Positions 17,901 to 29,900 of a stretch of DNA of 64,000 bases are shown piece after piece; the stretch's first letter is position 1, and every line of letters starts with the position of its first letter. The notes below the pieces were generated by a model. The model had not been told where the DNA came from, did not search any database, and saw only the letters and a program-made list of their open reading frames with translations. The translations under genes and the position numbers were made by a program. The stretch comes from a virus (Duplodnaviria > Caudoviricetes), in the IMG/VR virus record IMGVR_UViG_3300034166_000463, positions 6,642-70,641 of that record; one strand, given 5' to 3'.

Positions 17901-20900
17901 TGAATTTCATGACTTCGCTTTTAACGTGCATGTAACGATTGCCTTCAAGCTTTCCAGAGCTGTAAGCCAAAACGATCTGACGAATCAAAGACTTCGATTG
18001 GGACATGGCCGCTTTCGTAATCCGACCATCCATCTTGATCGTTTTAGCTTTGCCGTTTGAGTGGCGGTTTCGGATGTCTCCTAGCCATTTAGTGATGCGA
18101 GCCTCAAACTCGTCGGCAAAAGCGTCGGCTACTTCGGCGCGGGTCATGTCTGGCTTTGCAAGCCTCCATTCTTCACGCTTGTTTGTCACCTCGTTAAGCT
18201 TGTCGATGGATTTGAACTTAGCGTCAGTATCCTTGTTAACTTCCTCAAAGAAATAGGATGGCGTTTGCGTTCCTTGGGATTGGTTTCCGCTAAGCGATTG
18301 AGCCGCCATGGCGACATGGGCGATCTCACTGTTCACATTTTTTCTCGTAACCGTGGGGAATGCTCTGATCATCTCATCCGCTGCCGTAGTCGGCATCAGG
18401 ATCATCGACATTCCTTCTTCCTTGTGATACATCCCAATGCGTTCAAGTCTCTCCTCAAAGTTCTGCGGAAGACGGATTAAGTTGACGGTGTTCTTTTTGC
18501 TTCTCTTGAGAAGGTTGTAGCGGTTAGCGTCTTTCGGATCGGTGAGGATTGCCACCGCATTATCCATCATTCCACGGTAATTTGCCTCCGCCGCTTCTGA
18601 CTTAGCCTGACTAAAGTAGTCATCAAGAAGCTTCATTTCAATCTTCGCCATCTCAACAGATATCTCAATGGTTCCAAGTGGATCAAATTCCACAAAGTTC
18701 TCCTCGGTGTTTCGTTGGTCACGATAGACATCTTCAAGGCGCTCCTCCGCGAATTCGCTGAGAGCCCTCACAATGGCCTCTTTTTGCGCGTAGAATGCCC
18801 TTCTCTGGGCTTTCAAGCTCGCGCTGGAAGCCTCATCCATAGAGGGCTGATCACCCGTCCACGCCTCCCGTGCAGCAACGCCTGATTCAGTCAACCCAAG
18901 ACCCTTGGCAACCAATGTAATATTCACCCCAGCCTCACGGGTCATTGGCTCAATTCCCGGAAGAATTTGATTGTTATCCTGACCAACCGCTGGAACACCA
19001 ACAACTCCACGATGGTAAGTTTTTCCAATTGGCTGACTATAGTCAGTATGGTCGATTAAATCCAATGCCGCCTGATTCGCAGCCAAGCCACGAGAAATAA
19101 CATCCAACTGAATCTCCAGCTTATTGACAAGATCACGCTGCTCAGCAGTTTGTCCCTTGTTAATGTAGGAAGGATCATCGGTAGCAAGTGAGCGATCATA
19201 CAGCGCATCCTCTTCAGCAAAAGAAAGGTAAATGCTTTCAACGTATTCAGAAAAAGGCTTTCCGTTCGGATCGGTTTTTAACCGCTCGGTCATCATATCC
19301 AAAGCGGAAGTAATCTCACTAGCCAAATCGAAATTATCAAGATCGCGCCCCTCTTCCATCCGTTGACGGACAAGCTTGATGAAGTTCTTAACTTGGGCGT
19401 TGCGCCTAGTGTCCTTACCTACTGGAATGCTTTTTTGTTTAGTCTTGCCTGAAGACTCAGCAAGCTCTTGGGCGATGCTGTCAGCGAAAGCAGCCGCAAT
19501 GGTTCTTTCGGCATGTTGCATCAACTGCCCTTTGAACTTAGCGGTGCTATCCACGCCAAAAGACCTACGACGCAAGCTGATCAAATCCTGAGGACTAATG
19601 GAATCGGGATTTCCCAGAATATAAGGCAAGCGATAACCTTTGGTGGAGCCATCAATACCAATCAAGGCCATTCCTTGCTTGGTTATACTATCCAAAACAA
19701 GGTTAACAACATCCACGTTCGCGTTGTAAGAGCGGATTAAGTCACCAATGCGCGTCTCGTTTTCTTCGGGTGAAACTATTGTGCGGAAAGGATTAGCACC
19801 GCTTTCAATTAGAACCGTGTCTTCATTTTGCTCACTAAAAATATTACGAACAAAAAGCTCACGATTAATTGTATCAAGAAGCGTAGCCATCTGGTTGAAA
19901 GAAGCCTTAAACAAAGGATCGTTACGGAACTGTCTACGGACGAAAGAAGACATTCCTTTGGCAACTTGATCAACTTTGCCTTCCTCAAAAATCACGCTCT
20001 CTTGAAGCATATCAGCTAAGCGCTGAGCAAAGCGCTGAGGGTATCCCATCATATCGCTAACTTCCTTTGTTACTTTTCCGCGAGGAAAAGAAACTCTTTT
20101 TTCTAGTGCTTCATAAAGCTCGTAATGTTTCTTGGCTTGAGCCTTTGTCATTTTACTGACGTTTTTTTCAAGTCTTGCAATTTCATCTCTAACTTCTTGC
20201 TCCGCTTGATCCATGTAACCAGCAGGAAGAATGTTGCGAAGCTCTTCAATAATATCGTCGCTCATCTCAATCTCAAGATTGATTCCCTTGAATCTCTTAA
20301 GTTGAGAATAGTCCAGCGAGCTTTTGTTGTTAGCAGCGTCGATGCGGGTTTTCTCAAGGCTCTGACGGATGGCCTCCTCAGCCTTAAGTTTAATCCGCTT
20401 CTGGACGTAAGGGGAAAGCTGGAGAACATTAGCGTTCATGTTGCTAATTCGCCTATCAGCAAATCCTTGCGTAAGCGAAGTGCGATTACCCGGAAGTGAA
20501 GGACGACCTAGGTTCTTAGCCTCACCAACGTAAATCTTTCCAGCATTCTCCTTCCATGCAACCGGAGCTACTACAGGCTGAGCCAATTCATTTCCTTTAA
20601 TCTCATCTTCATCACGAAGATATCCGGGCTTCTCAAGCATCTCGCGAGCATCACGGCTAGGCTTTAAAGGCTGAACCCCTTCACGAGCCTTCATAGCCGA
20701 GGCAATAATTGAATTAAGACTGTTAAGCAAAACAATGTCAGCATCAGAGTAGAACGCGGACTTACCGGTGAAATAAGATCCCCCACCATTAGCCATTATC
20801 ATCCCCATAATTTCAGACTTTACCTTATCGGAAAAGCCAGAGGTGACTGAGAATATTGCGTCGGTAAGATTATCCTCTTCTTCAACAACCTCAATCTCTC

Positions 20901-23900
20901 CATTCAGTCTCGCTTCCTCCTCGGCATTAGCCTGAGCTAAACGCTCAGCCCTTTCTTGCTGACCTTCCTCAAAGCCTTGAATAGCTTCTTCATCGGCATC
21001 GGAACGCTCGATTACCGAAGACTCGGAAATCCAATCCGCTTCCGTGCCTCCAAGCTCAACTTCACCGGATCGTGCAATGTCCATCACAGCATTGATCAAA
21101 CTATCTCCAACAACATCAGGAAGGAAAGACGGGGCAAGCGACTCAATGCCGGAATACGCTTGGTCAAAAAACTGCTTGGCCTTGGAATTGGAAAAGATTG
21201 TTCCAACCAAAAGAAGATTTGCAGCAAAAGTTGCATCTCCACCGAAAAGAGCGATTTGGTCAGCGGTTAACTCACCAACCTCTAATTCACGAGCAAGCTC
21301 AATGGACTTGATGAACTGAGCTTTAACTAGCTCGCGGATTCTTTTTTGTTGAGAATCAGTAAATTCAACAGGAGAACCTTGAATCAAGCGCTGGAAGTTT
21401 GCTTCAATTGCTTCATTTGAAGTGGACGTATCAATGGTAGTCTTCCTCCATTTTCCAACAGGACTTGTCTGAGATTCAATTGACTCAGCCCTAATTACAG
21501 GATTAAGCGTGGCATTTACCTTCCCAGCTAAATCGTTTACCATGTCTACAATCGAAGCGTTTTTCTTGGATTGAATAGAAAGGCTGTGAGCAATTACCAT
21601 CGTAGCCTCATCCACCATGCGCTTGTCACGCATAGATACAGACTGAGGAACGTAGATAACATTTGGATTACCGTTTCTTCCCTCAAAGATTCGGATGCCC
21701 GTATCGGAAAGCTGGTGCTTGGCGGCAGTTGCCTCATCTGGAATCACCGCAATTGTATTACCGGGAAGTGTAAGAAGAAATTGCTCAATGATCGGACCAA
21801 CCGTAGAATTAAGAAAAGTAACTTTAGAAGCGTCGATCACTTGACGGCTGTTTTCGGGCTTCATTACCTCTGAGTGAGCGAGTCTCCAGATGTTCCTTGC
21901 TTCCTCGGATGAGGCGAAGGTGTTGTTGCCTTCGTCTAGGATTGGTTTGTTTTTTTTGTTTTTGTTTTTGTTGTTGAATTGGACAAGCGCGTCATCCGAC
22001 TCAAGCAAGGTAACATCCGCATACTCAATAATGGTTTGAAGAACCATCGAAGCAACCCCCTTATCTTTGACGATAGAGCGGTCAATCATTTCTCTTTCAA
22101 AACTCGCCTTGAACGAAGCCAAATCATGCAGGAACCTTTCAGAAGAAGTAAAGTTGTAGCCGTTATTGCTTCCATATTGCTCAAGGAATCCCTTCCTGAT
22201 CTCATCAAAGAAATCCTTACGAGCAGGATTGATGTTTGGAAAAATTCCTACAAGACCACGTTCAAGCAGGGACTTGTCACGCATTACCTTGAAGTAATTC
22301 CTAAGCTGAGTTTGATCCATTGCGTTTAGGTCATCCTCACTAAATTCCTCCAGCCTTTCAACCTGATCCTCAACGTAAGTGTCTTGAGTTCCCAAAAACG
22401 GACTTCCATCATCAACTCTACGGCTAACTGTCTCCATCCTGCTATATCTAGGAGCCGTCCCCATGCGGCGGCGATCCTCCAAAACTTCCTCTACGGTCAC
22501 AAAACCATCCTCGTCAGCCTGTAATAGATCGAAGTAGAAGACGCGCCCTGCGGTGGCGCTACGCCCTGTAGGAGTGTTTGAACCTATAAGTAAGCTCCAC
22601 TGTGCAACTAAGCGCTCGCGGGCTACCTGAAGGCTACTAGCACGGCGCTTAGCTGCCTCACGTTGACTGGAAGCTGCACCAGACTTCACTTCATCCATTC
22701 CCTCAAGAAGAGGAGAATCCTCGCCAGTAAGGAAAGGACGGGAGCGAACATCATCAAAGCCAGCTTGCTGAGAACTCACTACGATTTCATTGTAGTTGGT
22801 AAGCTGAGACTGTTTTCGATAAAAATAACGACCGTCCTTGTCTTGTTTAAGCTCAGAATATTCAGGGACATTTGGATGAGTAAGCGTTCCATCTTCTTTA
22901 GTTGTGACTAAATTGGCTACACTATCAGGCAGGTAAACATCATACTCTTCGGCTTCAGTATAAACATACGGCTCATATCCCTCCCCAAAACTAAGGCGAT
23001 CAAACGCCTCCTCCATCTCAAAACCGAAGTTGGCAGAAAACTGGTAGTCGCGCTCCTTCTCGAAATACTTCATCGCAAAAGACAAGTTCTTCAACGTCCT
23101 AGGACTAAGTGCCGTATCGCGGAGCTTAATGAGCTGTTCGTATTCTGGAACGTAAGCAGCATCCGTAACTGTCCGATTGCCCTCCTTCTCCACATTGCTC
23201 CTCCACTTACGATCCATGAAAGCCTTTGTCTGCTTGCGAACCAAGTTCACAGCCTGAACAGACTCATAAAGAGAACGATCAAACATCGCTTTTTGATTAC
23301 CCTCCCCTACAACTTTAATCAAATTTTCAGCAAGATCAGTAAGCTTCTTTTTGTCCACTCCAGCTTTGAGAACAGGAAGCCCGTTGCTTAAAACAAGCGT
23401 GTCGGCGCTTTTTAGATAGGCCCTATCCATCGAGACGTTCTTAACCTCGACGTATTCCATGACTTTCAGCATCAAGGCTTCGTGCATCCTACGAATTTGC
23501 AAATCCAAGCCATTAGTCAGCGTCCCATTATCTGTTTCATTGCTGAAGGCTTGGTCAAAGATTGGAAGCGAACGCCCAGCAAGTGTCTGCATTCCGCCAA
23601 TCCTAGGCATAAACTCAGAGCCTTGATATAAGCTCCTGATCTTGGTGGACCACTGGCGCATTTCTTCTAGGTAAGAGAAGAGATCGGCAACAACTTTGAT
23701 TGGGTCTTCGTTGTTATCGCCCCTGAATCCTCTCTTAAGTCTACGAAGCCCTCCTACAAGCCTGTTGAGCTTTTGGTGATCAAAGATCGGCATGGCCTCT
23801 AGTAAGCTTTCGTAGCGCACGGAGTCATCGTCAGGATTAACTGTCTTGTCGAATGAGAATCCAGCGGTCTGAGCGTAAGTGTCGATCATTTCGACATTGC

Positions 23901-26900
23901 GAATCGCTCCAATGTTTTCAGCAACAAAAAAGTCAGCAAAAGCATTACGTCCGGAAGCCGTGAAATTTGATTCAGTATCATGTCGATACCTTTCAAGCCC
24001 TGCATTCCACTCACGCTCCGCTGGGGTAAGTCCTTCATCTCCGGGTCTTTCCCACTTAGAATTGGGATCAAGCCCAATAGCTAATCCATCAGCTTCAGTT
24101 TGACCAACGGCAGATTCAGTTCTCTGAGGATAGATGAAGCGCGAAGAATACGAATAAGGAGCATCCGCGTTTGAATTATCGTATCCGTTCTGATGCTCGT
24201 ATGGAAAAATATTGGAGTAACCAACATCCTGAACAACATCAAGCAAATCATCTACCCCAGTATCAACTGGAGGAAGAGACGAGTAAGAATTAGGGTTTTC
24301 AGATTCAGGATTAATAGCCTGAACCTTAATCGCCGTTCCGAAGCCAACCGTCCTCAAGCCAAACTCACCGATAGCACGGTTCTTAGCTGTCTTCAGGGCG
24401 TAGTTGTAATCATCCACCGCACGGGTAAAAGCGATGACAGATTTGTAGTCATCTCCTAAGGAGTCCTTTTGTTCCAGCTTTGGAAGGATGTCGGAATTAG
24501 GAAGGTTTTTGGTGTGCTGGATTCTTGCGTTGTGTGCCTTGCGAATCTCTTGGATTTCTTCAATAACGCTTTGCTCTTTTGCAACATAGGCATCAAACAA
24601 AGACTTTGCTTCACCACGTAAGCCGTTGCCAAAATCATTCTTTTGATCACTAGCAGCCATCTCATCAGACCACATAGGAAGGCGCTGAAGAAGGAGCTTC
24701 AAATGGTTTTCCATCTTAACAGCCAACTCTTCAGGGGTAATCGTAGAATCCTGATCCGCAATGTAATCACGAGTCTCCAAATCTACACCTACCAACAAAT
24801 CCCTGTTTAGCCTGACTAAATCAATACTGTGTGGATTCAGCTTCATCGCTTTACTCCATTCAATAAGCTTACGCTTACCAGCAAACGTAGAAAGGTCTAA
24901 ACCATCAAGCTCTTCCCTTGCGTGATTTTCAAGCGCTTGATGAGCCATTCTTGCTTCGATGATACGTGGTTGGACACTAGACAGCATTGCTTGCTTGATT
25001 CTTTCGCTTCCGTCGATGACTTCAGAGTGAGAAACACTCCCAGTCATATCTTCAAATAGCTTAGTGAACAGCTTCTCACGATCAATGCGGGTGATGCCCT
25101 CACGATCCGGCTTCATCGCACCAGTCCACAAATCCATATCAGAGAACTGAGCGGGAAGGGAATCACGAAGCAACTGAAGCTTCTCCCACTTCAAAAAGAC
25201 TCCTGTGCGTATCTTCTTCATCGCAGGGGTTTGGTCTTCCGAGTAGCCACCCTTTCCATTCAGTCGGTCAAACTGATCATCAAGAGCCTTCATGTCGAAC
25301 TTCTCACGCTCTAGCAAAGCCCTGAATTCAGGATGTAACCCGATCTCCATCGTTTCAGGATCATGGACAATGGCTATATCAATCGAGATGCGATTGGATG
25401 CGGCAATCCGGTTGCGAAGCTGCCTCATCGGGAACGAATTATTCCTAGCGATGATTTGAAGTTCAGACTCCAAGCTCTTATTGTAAAGCTCCTCCATCTT
25501 TGTCCGCTGAGCTATCGTATCGCTATGAGCGTTCAAAACATCCACGTTCAATCCAGATTCCTTAGTAGCGTCAATCAAGCGTCTCAACGGCTCCTGAAGG
25601 TTGCTCGGAAGCATTCCACGGTGGGTGTTGATCCAAAGGATTGTGCGCATCCTTTCGGCGTAGCGACGAACCATATGACCAATCGCCTTCAAATACTTCA
25701 CCAAGCCTCCCTTTTCCCTTGCGTTGCTCTCATCAAGGATAATTGCCTGCTGAAGCATCTTGGATAGCTGTGACTGGCGTTCTGTCGTAGTTCCCGTCAA
25801 GGCCATCTGCACAAACTTACGCAATAGCTCTCCAGAGATTTCCTGACGTTGCTTCTCGGTTGCTCCTTTCTCATTGTTTGGATCTAGGCTTTTGGTAACG
25901 CCCCTCTCCGAAGCTACCTTTTTTAACTCCTCAAAAAGCGGGTGATCCTTGATCTTGCCTTCCGCAACACCTTTCGATTCTTGCTCCGTGCGAAACTCAT
26001 TGTTCAAATCCCAAAGATTGTCATAGTAGCTAAGAAGTTCTTTTGGGGTAAACGTCCCGTAAGTAACAATGTGGATTCCCTCTTCGCTTAAGACGCTTGT
26101 AATAAGAGCCGCAGCATCATACGCCAAAAGCTCTTGGGCAAATTGATTGCCCGTGTCTGAATTAAAATAAAGAGCAACTAGCTCCTTCTTAAGCTTATCG
26201 TAATCAACAACAATAGATGATGGTTTTTTGGAGCCTTTCTCAGCAGGTTCAGCAAAAATGTAACCATCCCCGTTAATCTTCCGTTGCACAACTTTGAAGT
26301 TATTTCTTGGCGCGACAACCGAAAGAAGTTCTTTAAAAATGGTCTCTACTTCAGCAATGGTAATTTCACCATTAGAGAAGCGGGACATCATAGGCACAAT
26401 ACTCTTGATCGACCTATCGAGAATTGAGCGTGTGTATCTAGCGGAGGTTTTGCGTAGCTGATCATTTAGCGAGTTCTGATTGGCAGCATCAAAGTCAATG
26501 TTTAACGCCTCAAAAATAAGCTCGCCATCCACAACCTTTTTCAGCATCAGAACCTGCTTGTCGTTGCCAGCAATCACAACCGTATCGCCAACACCCATTG
26601 TTGAAGCCATTCCCTTAGGGGGCATGTAGCCATAGCGCTCTTTTCCATTCTCAGAAGACTTGCGTGACCATTTGGCTCCAGCTGCGTCCGTGCCGCCTTT
26701 AAGGGTGGCTTCCTCAACAATGTAGGTTGTTTCAGGATCAAGTCCGTCAGTGATGCTTGGCGCGTCAGCAATAGCCGCTGCCCGCATCGGGACATGACCG
26801 TCTTCGCTCAGCTTTTGAATCGCTTTGATTGTATTGCTAACTCGGTTGCTCGGCCTGTCTGTTTCTGTCTTTGCGTATTCAGCAGCAATAAGTTCTGGCG

Positions 26901-29900
26901 TAGCCGCAATACCATCGCGATCAAGCCGTGCTGCAATGATCTGCTCCGGGGTTTTGGGTTCCTCTTTGACTTCCTCTTCTACTTGCAGCCCTTTGGTTTC
27001 GTCCCCTTGGTTTTCGGTTTGTTTTTCATTTGGTTGTTTTGTTTGTTGTTTTTCTATTTCTGCAATCTTTGGTTCTGCTTTAGTGGATGCTGGAGCGGGT
27101 GCTTCTGTTTTAGCTTGAACTAAAGATAGGCTGGAAGTTTGAACGGTTTTTCTTTTGTCGCCAACTTTAACAAAAGCCATTTTTGCACGACCAGATAAAT
27201 CAAAAGTAGAATCATCATACCCTAGAAACTCAACTTCCGATGGAGCGCTTCCATCAGAAGGAATGTAGGTAAGTTTATCTCCCGGCGCGGCTTTTACTGC
27301 TGCTGGAGAAGGTGCACCAGCGTCTGGCTGTCGTGTCTGCTCAGTCCCGCCATCGCCTGTAGTTCTGCTATCGCGGTCATCTTGGGGCGGAGCGCTATCT
27401 CTTGGACGCGTTTCGCTGAGAGGTGCGATTTGCTTATTATCTGCATCAACTGTTGTGCTTTGTTTACTGGTTTCATTTGTCCATTCATCATATTGTTGAG
27501 CTTTTTCGTCTGGGGTTGCGTTAACGATACGCTCTAGTTGGGCGGCTTCTGTATTCCTACCGCTGTCCTTAAGTTGTTTTTGAGCTTGCGCAGGAGTCAG
27601 ATAAGCAGGCTCGGAAGCCACTTTTTTACCAAGTCCCTTCTTAGTAATCCTTACCATCTTGAACGCTACGTTATCGTTGCGCTTCCCGCTTGCATCACTG
27701 ACAGCATGAATCGGAGTGAGTTCGTAGCTTCCTTCTTTGTCCTTGTAGGTGGCCTTGCTTCCCTCAACAGTTTTAGAATCACGCGACCACTCGCGACCAG
27801 CAGGAGCCTCCTCGCCAATGCTTTGCATTACCTGACCCAGCGAACCTTTTGGATAAGCCCTCTGAGAGGCCGCTGAAGCCGCCTGTGTTGAACTAGGGGG
27901 GGTAGTGCCAGAAACGTTGGAGGGAGGCGCTTGAGTGGAGGCGGAAACCAAAGAAGAAGGCATCGCTTGATAAACACCAATACCTCTTGCTGCACGGACA
28001 AGCATTGCTGATTTTTGCTCAATGTCCTTTTGTGGATCTGAATCAAGCTCAGTAGCCATAATTTCGGAAAAGTTCATAGCCTTCCCGCTAACATCCATTA
28101 TACCATTATCTTTACTGAAATTCCCAACATTTGTCTCAATTGCCTTCCACTTGTCGCTCATCGCATTGAGAGCATCAGACTTGCCGAAAACCGATGGAGC
28201 ATTAGTAGCTGCTCCAATGCTAGCACCCATGCCGCCACCAATAGCGCCAAGAACACCCGCCTTAACATATTCTTTCCAATTCTCACCAATGTTTCCCCAG
28301 AAATCTTCTTTCCAAGTTTTGGAATCGTCGAGCATTGCGCTAATCGAATCCGAAATAATTCCGTCAGCCGCCTCTTCCACAGCCTCAGCGCCAATGTTGC
28401 CAGCAACACCAATACCTTTCAGCCCCATTTTCCTAGCCGCATCATTCATCTCCTGAGCAATGTCCCTAGCAAACTGCTTTCTAAGACCAGCGCCAGCATC
28501 ACCAGCTAAATGCTCAAGAGCATCTTGAGTGGCTTTCATTCCTTCTTTCTGAACAACCCGATTGCGAAGGTTCTGAATTAGGCTTGTTCCAACTCCCTCA
28601 TCCCCCATGCCAAGCGCCTTACCCATACCCGGAGCAACACGGTTCATTACCCCAGTGGCAATCATCACAGCAAGGCCATTAGAAATGCCTTCGATATTCG
28701 CAGCCTTTAAAGCCTCGTCACGGTTTCCAGTCCTTTCGTAAGCTTCGTTGAACGCGTTTCCAAAACCCATTCCAGTAGCTTGAAGCGATCCAATGTAAAG
28801 CTCTGGATCAGTGGCAGCAGCCTTCAGCCAACCACCCATTTTAGCAGGAATGCTAATTTTAGGCAAAGTTCCACCAGCCTTCAGCAAGTCTTTAGCCGCA
28901 GCTAAACTCGTTGCTTTTGCTGTCGCTGACTTCAAAACAAGATCACCTCCAGGTCCTGCCGCATAACGACTTGCTCCTACCGCACCAGCTTTTGCTAAGC
29001 TCTTCCCAGCCAAGGCTCCCATGCCACCCATCGCAACAAACGAACCAACCTGACCAGTAAGCTGGGTTAAGTCCCTACGAGTGATGTCTATCCCAAAAGC
29101 TGAAAACTGAGTTGTGTTACTGTAGGCCTTTGCAGTATCTTCAGCTAGTCCACCAAACGCCTCAGCAGGAGAAGTGTAATTCCCAAAACTGGCTAACCAC
29201 AAAGCACCAGTTCCAGTTGCCATCACCGCATCACGAAGAGTTCCAGCAACCTCAGAAGCCACTCCATATGAATCTTTACTGAACCTCTCCTTGCGAGCCT
29301 TGATAAACTCGTAAGCGGAGGCTCCGGGCTTGCTCATCTCTTCTGCAAATTCATCACTTAAAGGACGACTAAACATGGAGCCAATCACCCCAGCATCGGC
29401 AGCCGCAAAAGCATTTACTATTTTGCCAGCATTGGCTTCGACCTGCGAGCGATAATCACCAAGCAAAATCTTTTTATCAGCAAGAGACAACTCTTCATTT
29501 GAATTGATGGCATTTTCCATCTTATCAATCTCAGAATAGTTCATGGAATTAAGAACCCATTGACCTCCAACTTTCTGCATCATTACGTCTTCACCTAAAG
29601 TTTCAGGCGTATACAATTCACGAGCCATCCTTTGAGACCATTGTTTCTTAAGCTCCTTGTTCTCTGGATCAATCTTTGCTTCGTCGCTTTTTACATTCGA
29701 ATTTGCATACGAAACAAAATCCTCCCAAGCTAAACTAGCTGTCTCATCTTCGGTTGCGAGCGCATTCTTTTCAGACATCCAATTTTGAAGATCACTAAAA
29801 GGATCAAACTGTTTTTGCCTGTCAAGTATTGGAGATAAATGCTGAGGAGCTACGAATTCCTGATCAAACCGATCCCACTCCACGCCACCAGATTCATCTT

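Noticed and set aside
15010-28456. Numerous short ORFs overlapping the giant gene
   Set aside because: Antisense or alternate-frame shadows without supporting motifs.
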